This document shows, piece after piece, positions 1 to 13,482 of a stretch of DNA of 64,000 nt. Source of the stretch: Amoebophrya sp. A120 (lineage: Eukaryota; Protista; Dinoflagellata). Position 1 is the first letter of the stretch. The number at the start of each line of letters is the position of its first letter. The notes below the pieces were generated by a model that worked only from the letters and a program-made list of their open reading frames with translations, did not search any database and was not told where the DNA came from. The translations under genes were made by a program, and so were the position numbers. Where the stretch lies: the NCBI GenBank assembly GCA_905178155.1, contig CAJINV010000011.1, positions 2,313,331-2,377,330 of the forward strand, given 5' to 3'.

Positions 1-1467
1 CAATAAGTCAGCAGCTGCAGCAAAGTCAAAAGCGACCCCGCCGCCGGTGAAGAAAACAGCAAATCGGGAGAAAAATGAAAACGCAGCAAAGTCATCAGCA
101 GCTGGGCCGAAACAGAAAGCGAAGAAATCGAAGGAAGCCCCCACGACTTTAACTTCTTCTTCTAGCAGCAGCCTCGACGAGGTACTAAAGGGAGGAAGTA
201 CTAGTGTACAACAAGCACCTGGGCCGAGCAAGAAAGCCGAGCTTCTAGGCAGTGATCCTCCCGCACCAGACTCTTGTTCTCCCGCGATGAAAAAGAGCAA
301 AAAACAAGGGAAACAGGGACCGACCTCAAAGGGCGGAAAAAATGTATTAAACAATGCAGCATCTTCATCATCGGCAGTGGGTTCATCTTCGAGCTTCAGA
401 CAGAATCAGAACGCAGCTGCTCCGGAGCAAGCAACCACGACGAGCAAGGCGAGCAGCAGTGGTGCTGGTAGAACTAGTGGGATGAAAAATGCGGCCGCGG
501 CCTCGCATCTGCGGGCGGTCCCTGACGCGCAGAGACAGTTGCTCAGCCGCGGGAAGAAGCAGTTCGGCGACAAGGTTCTTGCGAACAGCAACCCGCTAGG
601 ATCGCTAGGCGTCTCCGACCCGCAAGAAGCCGCAGGAGACCTCTGTCCAGTGGCCGAGCTGCCGGATGGATGTATTGAGATTTTTCTTCGTTAAGTAGTA
701 GAATGTTGAAGTACTTAAATCATAATCAATTTCGTTTCCGGAGCTGATTGCAGATGTAGCGCCAGCACAGTTGATGCATTTATTTTTGCGCAACACCTTC
801 TGCACAAATAACAATAAACCAGTTACGCAAGAGCACAACACGCAAAGCGAAGACCTTTACCTGACGAACCAAGCGCAAGGAAGCAAGCAGCCGGCCATAT
901 GAAAGTAATCTCACGCGACGAAATCCGAACTCGTATTGACAACCCCCTCGTGGCCAGCGTATTGCATTTGCAGTTTCGTTCTTCGTCTATCGGGGAGCTT
1001 TCTACGAGGCTGCGCGCTGTGGCGCTTGTTGCCATGTTCCTGAGCCTTGCTTCGACTGCTTTCTTATTCTTCATTGGTCAAGGATTCTGGCTCGGGAGTA
1101 GTACTTACCTGCAGAGCTGAGCGTGAGTTTCCTTCTCTAATAGATTTTGATGGCAGGAGTCGATAATTTCGTCCTTGGATCATGTTCCTTTCAAGCGCAG
1201 CCGCCACTACACAACCCTGGTGGCGAGGGAGCAGGGCAGTCCGCCATCGCGCCTAGCAATTTATTTGATCCCGAATTGCTTGTTCCACTCCCGTTACGCA
1301 ACACCTCTCACTGCGGTATTTGTGGGTACAATCGGGCGACCATCCTGGAAAACGCCGGCCGGCTGCGCTGTGGAAAGCACCGAGTATGTAATAATTGCGC
1401 AAAACATAATTTTCGAGACCGCGCTACCTGGCTGCAGGAGCACCAGTGCCGGTTTTGTGAGGCGTAA
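1..1467 (+). CDS. 3' part of a gene ending in a C3HC4 RING-finger-like domain; exon structure unresolved, start probably upstream of the window
   Basis: Low-complexity K/S/A-rich ORF 47-694. ORF 1147-1467 ends in CGIC...CGKHRVCNNC...CRFC, which is RING spacing. Linking the two ORFs into one gene is inferred. Confidence 0.5.
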
Positions 1468-2715
1468 CATACATACAAGCCAATAAAAATCCTATCGCAA
1501 TCCAATTATTGGATTGCGGCATGTACTTTCGCACATGTTGTTTGAAGATGTTGCATTCCAACCGACAACTTCTGAGAAGTTGCCGTCTGTAGATTCTCCT
1601 TGATACTTGCGAAGCACTGCTAAGTCCGTGAAGTTCATGAGACTACTAGTTTGTTCGTCAAAAGCTTTTCAACATTCATATCACGCATCCTATTTATTTT
1701 TTTTTGAAAAAACAAAACGCAGCGGTAGAGAAGAATCTGTGAAGGCAAGAGTAGAAAGAGTGGATTCTCGCGTAAGACGCGAACACTGTAAACTGTAAAG
1801 ACACAAGGCAAATACTCGTGGGTGCACGTGAATCCATAGACGTATTCGTATGTAAAAAAATAAGTTGTTCGTGTTCCACATAGTACATGACAAGCAGACA
1901 CGATAGCTCCATGCCAACAAGAAATTAATAGAGAGTTTTGGAGCGTAACAGGGTATTTTTTCGGTGCAGGCATGCTTTTTTGAAAATCGCTGATCCAAAT
2001 ATGAGCCGGGAACGACACTCGGGCTGCTGATGAATGTAGAAAAAGTTTGCACGGCTCAGGTGTCTGTGTCTGTACCAGTTCTGTCCGAAGATGTTAATGA
2101 GCTCAGTTGCTCTTATTTTGCACGAGGAGCGATGCTGAAGCAGATGAAGGACGTATAAGTGTTTTTCGTAGCAGCGCGGTACTGTTGGTTTATGCAGAAC
2201 TTCACATGGACCAGTCTCGATTTATTTCGACATTGGATACAGGGCCCTTTTGGATGTAGCTGTGCTGGACCTAACTTCTTGTCTCGTACTGACGTGCGGC
2301 AAGAAGTTCCTGGCACAAAAAGTAGAAGCATCACCTCTCAGCCGATTTACAAAAAAATGTAAGATTTGAACTGCGACGGACGAAGTCTCCCGTAGTAGAA
2401 CAGAGATTTATTTTTTAGTTCCGTTTCGAACATAGACATACACATAGTAGCACGGAAAAGTAGGCGAACACTGGAAAAGTCAAAGTACGCCGAATAAAAA
2501 GTGATCCATTTTCGGTGCTGCCCTTAAACGTAGTAGCGACCTGCTCCCTTGTTTTTCCCCCTAGCCCCCGGGGTGGCCGTCACCTTTCAGGATCAAAAGG
2601 CGCCCAATTTTTTGTGTAGTCATAAAACGAACGGATAATCGTTAAAACCACTTTCTTACACAACAATAAATCTGGTTATTTATCAAAGTTTTGTTGACAA
2701 ACGTGAAAAAATCAA

Positions 2716-3640
2716 ATGACCTCCACCACCTCCGCATTGTGCGCCCTGCACCGCGGGCTTCGCATGGGCAGCAGTAGCGCGTCAGGCAGTCGAGCACTTT
2801 ATAGTTTTCATCCTGCAGGGGGGCCTACCCCCACTTCGGTGTTGACGGTAGCAGGAGTAGACACAGACTTTCGAGCAAGAAATGAACCTGTGTGTAGAAG
2901 AACAAATAGGCAGCACCTACTATTTTCCACGGTAGCCGCACCTCGACACGGTCCTCGAACTGGCGATTTCGCGACCGTGCCTGCGACCAGTGGGTCATTC
3001 GTAACACGACCGGCAGAAAGCAGCTCTACAGCCTTGGTACCATCTTCGAGGAATTCTTATTTTCCAGTTGCGACCAGGATCACCAGGACGTTCCACAGGT
3101 CCTTCAGCAGTGCGGCCGCGGCGACCGCGACCGCTGCCGATATCACCATTCTCCCGAACGGGGTCGCGCAGCTGCGGAAACTGTTGAAAAAGGAGCCCGA
3201 CCGGTACCTACGATTAACCGTCAACAGCGGAGGCTGCTCCGGCTACCAGTACGAATTCAAAATGGACAAAACCAGAAAACCGGATGACATGTACATATAA
3301 AACATGAGTGTGATTCCTTGAAGATGTTGCTTACCTTCCCTGATGTATTTCTGCTGCTACACAAAAGTCGTGGACGTGGTATTGTATGCTAAGTTCTCCT
3401 GCGACGAAGCTGCACACTGAAAAGAATTTCGAAAAAAAAATCAAAATCTACTATAACAGCGTTGTCGAGCAAGACGGCGTGACGCTGCTAGTGGACGAGT
3501 TGAGTTTGGATTTTCTGGGTAGCTGCGAGATCGACTACACACAGGAGATGATTCGAGCGAGTTTCCAGGTGGTCAAGAACAGTAGCGCGGAAGCGGGCTG
3601 CGGTTGCGGTGCCAGTTTCTCCGTCTCCAGCGGTTTCTGA
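2716..3640 (+). CDS. ISCA2: Mitochondrial iron-sulfur cluster assembly protein, IscA/Isa2 type; 2 exons (2716-3290, 3460-3640)
   Basis: LRLTVNSGGCSGYQY, EMIRASFQV and GCGCGASF motifs. GT-AG intron 3291-3459 joins PDD-I-VVEQDG in frame. R/S/T-rich N-terminal presequence. Confidence 0.9.
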
Positions 3641-4368
3641 GGATACAACCATACGACCGCGGCTACATGGACAGGAGCCGTGTGCAGACTTCTTCGCTGC
3701 TCGTTGGAGAGCGCCGGGCTGCTACTTCGGTTTCTTTTTGCAATCGATGCGATAGATAGAGCACAATGCAACAGGGCTCGAAGACCAAAGAATGCGACTC
3801 AAAGCGACATAACCCACCACAGATCGGCTTCAAAGATGTTGTGTAAAATTCAAACGAACAGAAGTACTTACCATGAAATCACTGATTGTGGTCCAAGATT
3901 CCGAAAAACAAACGTTTCCGAAAAACAAACGTTTTCCGGAAGGCGAAGTGACGCAGGCGAATTTTTAAAGCGCATACAGGCTTTTCAATTTTGTATTGGT
4001 GTTTGTCTTTTTTCTATTTCTTCGATTCAACACAGTACTTACATCATGGCGCTCCTCTTGTGCCCGGTTTTAGGAAGTCTGTGCCTAAGTAGTACTGCCA
4101 CGAGCCCCTTCGTTGGAGTGAATGTTTCCCTATCGTTGCTTGGAGAGTTGTGCACTGCCGGGTTTTGTTTTCATGGGCCGCGCGATGAATCGTACCAGCA
4201 CAGAGAGTAGAATGCAAATTATTACGAGGGGGCCCTCAGTAGTGAATTCAATAAATTCTGCATATTTGTTCAAAAGTTTTGCGGTCCGCTTCCGCCGTAT
4301 GGGTCCCGCCAATAATTCTTGATCTTGCTCTCAACAACATTCGCCAAAGAAGAATTTGGAATCACAAA

Positions 4369-6216
4369 ATGAAGGCGCCTTTCTTCATTTTCGCCGCCGA
4401 TGTTTACTCGTCCACCTTGCGCTTCATTGCGACCTGTAGAGCATTCACGACTAGAACCTCGGCCCAGGTCGTGCAGCCTGTATCGCGCACTACGACTACT
4501 GCTTCGTCCAACACCGAGGACATCGTTGCTGCACGATCCGTGAAGATGAGAGAACATCTTCAGGCAGGAGAACCGCTTCCCGCATTGGAGGAGCTAGCGC
4601 GGAGATACGAGCGCGATTATCCCCAGACAGACTTGAGCAAAGTTTACGTGGGCCTCAGGAAGGACAAGGACGGCGGGGGAAGAAAAAGTAGAATTCGCGG
4701 AGTGTTTGCAAAGGTGAAAATAAAGAGAGACGAACTCGTAATGCAAATTCCGCAGCCATTGATGTTTCGCTGCCAGCTTCGCGATGTGGATCCGGCGGAA
4801 GGAATGAAACAGTGCACCTACGACTTCGTCAGAGTCATGTTAGCAGCAAAAAGGCGAGACGATGCTTTATTGTTGTTGATGTCCGAATTGGAAATAAATA
4901 AGACCACAAGCAGCGACCACGGCGGTGCTGTCTTCAACCCACAGAAGATGGCCTCGTTTCTCGACTACGTGAAATTTCTCCCAACGCCAGACGAGAACCC
5001 GTCCTTGTCCCGACTGCCCGAGCCGATTCTCCAGGACCTTGAACCCTTTTCGACCACTTTTGCGAGGGCGCTGGAACATGCGCGCAGCACAGCGAAACTA
5101 CGTGCCGATGCGCAGGAGCACGACGCTCTGGTCTCGAACGAATTGGGCCGCGGGGGCAACAAGGCGGTCTTTAGTGCGGAGGTTCTGCACCACGCGCACT
5201 TTCTCCAGACGAAGCGCAGCCAGCCCATGTTTTCCGACCCGAAGAGGGCTGCGCTGGTCCCCTTTTTGGACCTGATCAACCACCACTGGAATGACCCGAA
5301 CGTGGTGTGGGCGGGGTTTGCGGAGACCCGCGGCTTATCAAATGCAAATTAAATGTTTGGGTCTGGAAACTTGTGATGCTGACTGGTCATAGATAGTTGA
5401 ACAGCCATGCCGGTGCAGCCAGGAAAAGATGTTTTCGGCGCTCTTTCATGTATAGCGCGCAATGCAAACTGAATTTCCACTTGTATTACGCATCAAAAGG
5501 TCCTCTCGTGCTTTTGTGGGTCCGGCAACACAGATTTTACAGGAATGCCGGACAAGCAATACAAGTTCCACGTTTATTTCCGACCCAGATCGATATTTGC
5601 AAAACATACGGCTCGCCTCTGTCGGGCATCGAAGCCGTTCGGGCCACTCGAACCATTTTGCCCGGGGAAGAACTTTTGTTAAATTATTGGGCCCCGAAAA
5701 CGCTCACCGACCAGCTTCGTGTGAGCGCAGGACTCGCATACCATCCTGACTGGAGCAAGTATCCCAAGAAAAGAAATGTGGCGATATACAGTTATTTTAC
5801 GTACACATTTGCTTATAACTGGAGAACAAAAAAAAGATATGAATGAACCAGGCTTCTACCACGCCGCGTATCCGGCATGTCGACACCAGAGCCTGTCTGT
5901 TTGGCTTGGCCTGCAACACGACATCAATAATGTATTCTTTACTGTAGCTGCAGAACTTTTTTCTTTGCATAAGCTCCTACATAAATACACAGAAGGCAAC
6001 GAGACCGCGAACGAGCGCCTCGTGTCGTCCTGGCTGTTCTGCCATCCGGCGCTCATCAACAATACCGTCGCACCAAAGCTGCCCCCGAAAATGTGCCAGA
6101 CGTGGCAGCAGTGGCTAGCAACGCACCGCGCGACTTTGGCGACCGCTTTTCCGATGCAGCTTGACGTAATCGACTGCTTGTATGCGGATCTGTGTGGACG
6201 AGGTGCCGAGGAGTAG
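4369..6216 (+). CDS. SET-domain protein lysine methyltransferase (Rubisco-LSMT/SETD3-like), 2 introner introns; start approximate
   Basis: RGVFAK, LVPFLDLINH and RATRTILPGEELLLNY motifs are joined in frame once elements 5336-5608 and 5760-5971 are removed. Confidence 0.8.
5336..5608. mobile_element. Introner, family A (TATCAAATG...GGGTCTGGAA TIR)
   Basis: TAT...ATA ends, imperfect TIR, DR CGGCT/CGGCT; removal restores the SET-domain frame. Confidence 0.85.
5760..5971. mobile_element. Introner, family C (TATCCCAAGAAAA TIR), degenerate
   Basis: Ends TATCCCAAGAAAAG and TTTTTTCTTTGCATA; only a short AAG repeat; removal gives WSK-LLHKY. Confidence 0.65.
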
Positions 6217-6877
6217 TGGAGGCGCGAGGTGGACGAGAAAACGCGCCGAGTCTTTTGCAGATCTTGTTCCACCCTGTTTTGTAAGATTCGAACGGACCAC
6301 GACCACTACGACTACCAGAATCTCAATCTATCACGTTGTCCATTCCACCGATATTTAAAGAAAACGATTTCTTGCGAATGATGAATCTTAGGCGAATTTT
6401 GGAGCCTTCATCGATCGGCCAAAGCGCAAGGTTTTCTTGTGTTTCTTATAGAAGAAGAACTCTTTCAAAATCTGTGTTCTACGGACGGCTCTGGGCGATG
6501 ACTTCTATAATCGAGTTGTAAGTGTTCGTGGCGGCGCAGGCGCTCCTGTGCCCTGTGCTACTGCCTGCAGGCTGTGTTTTCCGCCAGTGAAGACTTTATC
6601 GGAGTTGTGAGTGCCCCGTCGTTCCTCGGAGAGTGTTTTACCAGTGAGCTGCCGGACCGACGTCTCCATGGGCGTGAGTCGTAATTTCTCGAGATTAGCA
6701 GTACAAGGAGCGCATCAGTACTACTTAGTATTCATTGAATTTGAGGCCGAGTTGATGTGAGATTCGAGATAACATTCATACTTCAAGTTCAAGTGGCAGC
6801 TACGCAACATTTTCCCGACGACATTAGAATTAGCTTCATTGAAGAGGAATAAACCGGCCATAGCCATACAACTCATC

Positions 6878-9492
6878 ATGGCGAGCCCTGGGACGACGAC
6901 AAAATTCGGCAAGCCGTCGAAGGCAGTAGCGTCCAAAGTCTTCGTTGTTGCGTCGGCACTTCTAGGAGGAACAATACAGCGCGGCCTCTCGTCAACACTA
7001 TCCTCTTTTCCGAGCCGGAGCCATTTCGTTCTCGCCCAGGAGTATGATCACAACGACCGAGCGTCATCTTCTTCACGTAGTAGTCCTTTGTTCTCTTGGC
7101 TGGATCAGCAAGAGCTGGAGTGGCAAAGACATGGCGACGACGACCGCCCCCTCATAGAGTCCCTCGTACCCGTCGGAGCGCTGCATGGGACCGCTTTGTT
7201 TCGGGACAAGATCAAGAAGAGACAAGAACTAGTACCTGGAATAAAGACCAGAAGAAGTACAACTTCTACAACTACTTCCGAGCTCGACGTGGCGCGGAAA
7301 AACCTCAGAACCGCGTCTACCCTGGAAGATGAACAACGACCCGAAGTCGACCAGCACGACAACTGGATGCGCATGCTCACACGAACGAAAAATGGCCGCA
7401 AAGTGCTCGCGAAGCTGTACGCGCGAAGCAAACCGGGCGAGCACCCGGACGCCGTTTTGGAGCAGCACCTCGACACGGTGATCACGGAACTCCGGGACGA
7501 GGAGGAGAGGGCGAGGGGTGGTGTATCCGAGAAGACCACAAGAACGTCCTCTGGTGCAACTACATCAAACCGAGGGGACTCGGTGTCTGCGGGAGGTACT
7601 ACGACTAGCGCCTTACAAACGAAAGAACAAGAGCCGATCCAAATCGTGCAGAATCCGGCGCTGAAGCTTTACGTGGACAATCTGGACGTGCTTTCCAAGC
7701 AGGCGGAGACCGCTATGAGACAGAGAAAAGCTAGCAGGGAATATTTGTAATGCAAAAACAAATACATGAAGGCAAGGATTTGGATTCTGTCTTGCGATGC
7801 GTGGCCTAAAAACCGTGCTATGGGCCTCTGCGCATGACAAATTTATTTGGCTAGTTATTTCTGCATTACAAATGTGGCTATGTTAGCTTTTCTCTGCCGG
7901 GATAACCGCGGACTCGCAGTTCCGAGCCGCGATGAGCTACGGGAATATGGCGTCGGCCGAGCTGGACGAGCTCGGCGTGGACGACAAAGGAAACGATTTA
8001 CCCTATCCTGAGTAAAAACGTACACACACGACCAGAGTTGTGATGGGATTTGCAAAGACAGGAAGACTTGTAATGCGCATCCCCATGAGAGCCATTTCCA
8101 ATCGTGTTTTGGAATTTGTGATGCTGTGAACAGGATGAGCAGATGAATCTGTGATGCGGCTGCACTTGCTAACCTGCACTACACTGCAGAGTGCAACTTG
8201 TCATGCGTGACTCACAAAACTCCTAGGCTTGTGCTGCACAATCCGCATCCTGACTCTGGTGTGGGTACGTTTTTACCTAGGATATACCCTACTCGAAGAT
8301 GGTGGCTATGTACTGCAAAAGTACAACCGTACGCGTATGAATTGCAGTCATGCGTGACAAATATGCTTCTTGTTCTTGCCAAGGTAAATCAGCGTCACAA
8401 CTTCTCTTTGTCATGCTGATGTTAAATTTGTATTGCAGTTTATTGCAATTACTACTAGTACGATCGATGCACTTTTGCAATTCATAGTGTCGGATGTCCA
8501 GCAAAAGCTGGACCAGCGGCGAGACAAACTGGAAAAGGAGCTGGACCGGAGCTCGCACTTGGCCGAGCACGTGCTCAGCGCTGGTCTGAAGGACACTCTG
8601 GCTGGGCGAGGCACCAGGATGCGGAAGGCGGATGAAGGGTTGGAGGAACGTACTTCTATGTCAGGTTGATGATTCTATCGAAGAGCAGGATTTCGTTCTC
8701 GTACGTAGTGCAGATTTTCGCGATGAAGAGGTGTTTTTCTGATGCTCATGCTTGTTTGTCCATGAAAGGTGTACTCGTTAAATATCGCCGTAATATCGAT
8801 AAAGCACCAGCAAAAACTTGTTCTATCAGGCGTAACGAAAAATTCCGACGGGACAAAGACGTACCACTTGACAAAGGAGGAGACAGTGGACTTGAAGAAT
8901 CAAATCGATGAGCACACGCACGTGGACCCGCGACGGCACAAGGAGGCGAATCTGAAAATCGACGAGCTCCTGCAAAACCGACTGGACGATGCGAATGACC
9001 ACTTGCGTAGCATGCAGCTGTATCAACAGAACAAACTGTTCGGGCCGCGGAAGGGGTTGGCCGAGCTGGTGGACAAAGAAACATTTCCCGCGAGGTATTA
9101 CAATGAAAAATGCTCCCACCCCCGAACTTGGGAGCATTTGTATTGCAAACCTTTCCAAATGAAACACTCGCCCGCTTGCATCTAGCAGCATCACAGATTT
9201 CCGATCGTGAGTAGCAAAAATTTGTATTGCAAAAGATCCCAGCAAGAGCGGCGCTTGTCATGTAAGCGATGCGATACACGCCTAGAATCAGCATCAGAAA
9301 GATTCATACTCCTTTCATGCATGACAAAAAGTTTATTTAATTTGGAAACTTAAACTTTGCATCACAAAATTTTGCAACTTCGGGGGTGATGGCATTTTTC
9401 CTCGCGATACGAGGTCGCACTACGAAGCTCTACCCGTGGCCCCGGCGGTGGATGCGCAGAAAGCCGTGAATTTGGACGAGGAAGGGGACTAG
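6878..9492 (+). CDS. Hypothetical protein with an N-terminal hydrophobic segment and a helical/coiled C-terminal half; 4 introners plus 1 probable GT-AG intron (8650-8829)
   Basis: Continuous frame after removing 7714-7904, 8004-8284, 8307-8486 and 9096-9409; TAG at 9490-9492. Confidence 0.65.
7714..7904. mobile_element. Introner (TAT..CAGAGAAAAGCTA TIR)
   Basis: TIR tatgagacagagaaaagctagca / tgttagcttttctctgccgggata; DR ACCGC/ACCGC. Confidence 0.85.
8004..8284. mobile_element. Introner, family B (TATCCTGAGTAAAAACGT TIR)
   Basis: DR TACCC/TACCC; reverse-complement homolog of 17375-17653. Confidence 0.92.
8307..8486. mobile_element. Introner, family D (TAT..TGCAAAAGT..GTAC TIR)
   Basis: DR GTGGC/GTGTC; frame restored (KMV-S-DVQQK). 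Confidence 0.8.
9096..9409. mobile_element. Introner, family E (TATYACAATGAAAAA..CCCACCCC TIR)
   Basis: DR CGAGG/CGAGG; inverted homolog of 15397-15726. Confidence 0.9.
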
Positions 9493-10467
9493 AAGTGGAA
9501 GTAGCTGCAATTTGCTACTGCTCCGGATAATTGGTGTATTTGCTGTGTTTAGGTTTCACTTTTTGAATAACGCTGGTTCTTCACCCGCGAGGGTCCAGAC
9601 GCGCAAAAGTCCCGCAAAAAATAATTCTTGTATGATTCTTGTTTCATCCACCGAGCGAAGTCAAAATGCTCTGCTAGCTGGCGTTGGCCGTGCCCAACTG
9701 ACTGTTTTTGTTACCCTGCGAATGTACAACGAGCACAATGTAATCGATATCGAATCTCCTGTACCGCCCGCGCACCAAGTAATCTCGGCGTAAGGAGTAC
9801 AGATACTCTATCCCCCTGCAAAATCTTCAAAAAAGTGCACCGTCTATTCCAGAGCTGCTTCAGGTTGTTCCAATTTACTCATTTTCATTCGGCAAGAAGT
9901 AGAAGACTTTCAAGAAATTTCTGTGTTTCAGTTGACGCCCTGCTCGCTGTTGCTGCGGGCTCGCGTTAATAGTTGTAATCGTGGTCGTTACCGATGAATT
10001 CGTATTCGTTGGCGTTAGGTCGTTGATGCATTGATTCGGCACCGCGTGAACCAATCGCATAGAAGTCTTGGAGACCACGTCGAGGAGAGACGAGTTGAGC
10101 TTGAGAGCAGTAACTCGGTGGTGGTCATTTTGTTGTTTTGATTATATTGGTGTTACTTATGCTTTGTGCAACAACTGCAACATGCGAAATATTTACTTCT
10201 GCCATACCATCCTGATATTCACTTTTGACGAATGGTACAACAGACAGAGAAGTAAATTAATGAACAACGAAACTCGATGTTGAAAAAGAAAAAGAAAAAC
10301 AAATGTACAACTGCTGCTGATATTGCTGCGAAAAGAATACTAACGGCCTTCGCGTAAGCTATCAGCGTTACTTACTATTGAAGCACCAAGAACACGGAAG
10401 CAGCTAAGTGCGGTGGCCGGACTTCTAAACTGACGTCGTCTACATCATCTCGTCGCGTGACTACAGC

Positions 10468-11681
10468 ATGGGTAAACTAACGACAAGCTCGTCCATGCCG
10501 GCCTTTCCGGTCGGTTCCGCCGGAAAACAGATACCGTCGGGCTTTCATATCAAAATGAAAAGTGCTTCACCTACTTCCCCAGAACTGTCATGCCAAGTAC
10601 TTTGTATTGCATTTTTCCAGTACTTTGCATTGCATTTTTACGTAGCATGCATCCCGACCATGACACGAAACTGACTTTGCAGCGCTAGTAGTAAACATAG
10701 CTGCCGCCCCGTATTCGTTCTGGGGTAGTAGGGGCCCTTTCCAACATGATACATCAAGGCGCACCTCGCTATAGTTTCGGAGCGGAAGTGTATTATCTGA
10801 AGTTTCCTTTGAATGATAGATTCACATGGCGCAAGAAGCGTTCAGCATTTATGATTTCACGCTAAAATACTAGCCGTTTTGATGTCTTTATTCGTCCATT
10901 GGGTCGCTTCAGTCTCCTTCCCACGCGGCGAACCAATGAACCCATGACATAGCATGACTGACGGCCAAATTTTTTTTCCAAACCATAAACAGCTACTGCA
11001 AAACCCGCGCAAGTCCCAGATCGGCGTACCTCGGCGTGATTGACACGCCCGGTCCGGGCACGTACGAAACCGACCTGATTCGCCCGGAGCAGAGGAACAT
11101 GCCCAAGTACAGCATACCGGTGCAATTGCGCGACAAGTCGAAGCTCACCTACATCTCCTACAAGCATTTCACCACGCCCGGGCCAGGGCAGTACGAGGAG
11201 GGTGCCGTGGGCAACAAAGTGATGAAAAAAACCGCACCACTGTACTCGCACGGGCACCGGAGACCCGAAGCCAAGGGGTACTGGACGAGGCCAAACCCCA
11301 GTCCAGTGGACTACAGGAAGGAGAACGCGCACAGTAAGATAGTTTTCCTGAATTCGGTCAATTTTTTTTTGTTGCTGTCGCATTTTCCGCCGTAGTTCCT
11401 ACCATGAGTCTAACGATTTCTCTGTTGTGTTGCGCACGTTCTTTGTTGTACTTACAATACATGCCAGTTGTTCTTGAAGCCGAGAGAGAAGGCTCATAAG
11501 TACTTACTTTACGATACTTGTTTTTGACCTCCTTCACACAGACATCCTTCTCCGCGTCTTTCCGAAATGGAAATTCGGCACAGAGCAGAAAGGCAAGTCG
11601 CTGACAGCGAAGAGCTCTACCGGACGGAGTGTGGGGCCGGGAACGTATCGACACGCGACCTGTCTGGTGCCCGCGAAATAG
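10468..11681 (+). CDS. SHIPPO/sperm-tail PG-rich repeat (ODF3-like) axonemal protein; multi-exon, internal exons approximate
   Basis: TPGPGTYE, TPGPGQYE, PSPVDY and VGPGTY repeats with PKYSI/PLYSH/PKWKFG linkers. Confidence 0.75.
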
Positions 11682-12527
11682 AATTTTGATGTTGATGTAG
11701 TAGCATTTATTACGAATTTGCCCGCTTCCCACCCCCCCTTGTAGGATGAAATTACGTGAATAAAGTTGCGCCGGTAGCAAGCTAGCAGGCAACAGAGTCA
11801 AAAATGTACCAGCCATTTACACGTACCTCTTTAACGAAGAGCTGCGCCGGAACGGAACAAGCCGCGCATTGTTAAACTACTAAGTACCACCTTGTAACGA
11901 AACGGAAAAGGAAATCACCTCAAAGCAACTTGTAGCAAATCGGACCCACCTCCCAAGACCATTTCTGTTTTCACGGTCCTCATCTGTGTAGAATTTGTCG
12001 ATTCGAGTCTCGTCCTTGTGTAAACGACAAGAACTACCACCGGTCATTTTTTTCCTGCAATTATCGGTACTATGTATCCCTATCGAGCGCTGCTCTTGCG
12101 AGCCTTGTTTAATTTAAGTCCTTCACGAGTACACGAGCGTCATGAGTAGAGAGAAACTAAACGAGGATTTTGGCGTCGTGAGAGATAGAGAAAGATGAGA
12201 AAAAGAGTTGACTCACAAAAAGTGATAGTACTGCTTTTCGACGCTTTCGGAAACACAATTCTGCTTCCCTTCGACGTCCTCACAGGTGCTGCTGAGAAGT
12301 GGCTACGATATTAATTCTTGCACCACCCGGGAGTCCCGATAAGCTTGAACTTTTGCCCTCAACAATTTCAGCCCTTTTTTGAAACAATCATAGAAGATTT
12401 GTGCTTTCCTAGATTGAAGTCAACGATCTTGGGTTTTGCTGTTTTGTGTAACTAAACGGAGCTAGAATTTTTATCGCTGTTTGCTCTAGTGTATCAAATC
12501 ACATATATATTAGAGTATTTTATAGGC

Positions 12528-13332
12528 AAGGGAGTGAAACTTCGAAGGGAGTCAAGGGAGCCAAGGGAGGAAGATAAAACTTGTACAAATTGCCTCCCCT
12601 AAAATCATCGCAAAAATCCATGCTATGGGCGCATTTACCGGCCACCGGTTTGGGCCCTGCTGCCCCCCCCGCTGCGGCCCCAGTTTTGGCCGCGTTTAGG
12701 CTTTGGCTCGCTGCCGAAGGTCCTGGCCTCTTGAAGAAGGTGAGGGCTTCTAGAGTAGCCCCCGTAAACAGAAGTCGCCGGGGCGGCCTGGCCTCTGCCT
12801 GGCAACATAGAGCGTGGAGCCGAAGGACCGCGTAAACTGTTGCCGTGGCCATGTCAAGTTTCCGCTGTCCAGGGGAAGTTGAGGCAGCCACCTCAGCAAT
12901 TTGCTTATCGAGATCTTTCGCGCGAGGTTCTGCGTGACCAGATTCAACGTCATGCCGAGCAGAGAATACGAATGAAGTGGAAATGTTGCAGCGGCCACTT
13001 CGACTTTCTTCAATCGGGAAAGAGTTGCAGCGGCCGTCGGAGCGCGCCGCAAGTGTGAGGCCCACACGCGTAGCATATGCAGCCTGCTTCGCATTGATGC
13101 TTCGCAACATTCCCACATGTGGGCGTATGTCCTACATGTTGCACGTGCCTCGCCGCGCGCGCGCGCAGCGCGCGGCCCGAAAAATTTTTGTGGTGTGCGC
13201 ACACATGTCGACTCGCGCGCGCGCAGCGCGCGCCGCGAAAAATTTTTGCTATATGGCCATCGCATTGGCGCGCGCGACTGCTTTTTTAACTTACTCCCTT
13301 GACTCCCTTGAAAAGTTGCGCTGTACTCCCTT
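12528..13332. mobile_element. 805-bp non-autonomous TIR element (MITE-like), intergenic
   Basis: Ends AAGGGAGT...AAGGGAGTCAAGGGAG and CTCCCTTGACTCCCTT...ACTCCCTT; GGC on both flanks (12525-27, 13333-35); GC-rich interior with no credible ORF. Confidence 0.7.
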
Positions 13333-13482
13333 GGCTGGCGCCAGACACTAATAAACCTAATATATGTAGTAACACAACTTCTAACAACTACAACATCGAC
13401 GACTCTCATCTTCTCCATAAACTTTTTCAATCGAATATTAAAGCGTTTTTACCGTTAAAAGAATCAATCAAAAACAAGCACC

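Noticed and set aside
10540-10700. Possible degenerate introner in the SHIPPO-repeat gene
   Set aside because: It contains TGTCATGC-like motifs, but no convincing TIR/DR pair could be assigned.
12520-13430. Minus-strand ORFs of 198 and 226 aa as a possible transposase
   Set aside because: No DDE or other transposase motifs; typical GC-rich spurious ORFs. No autonomous element was seen anywhere in the window.
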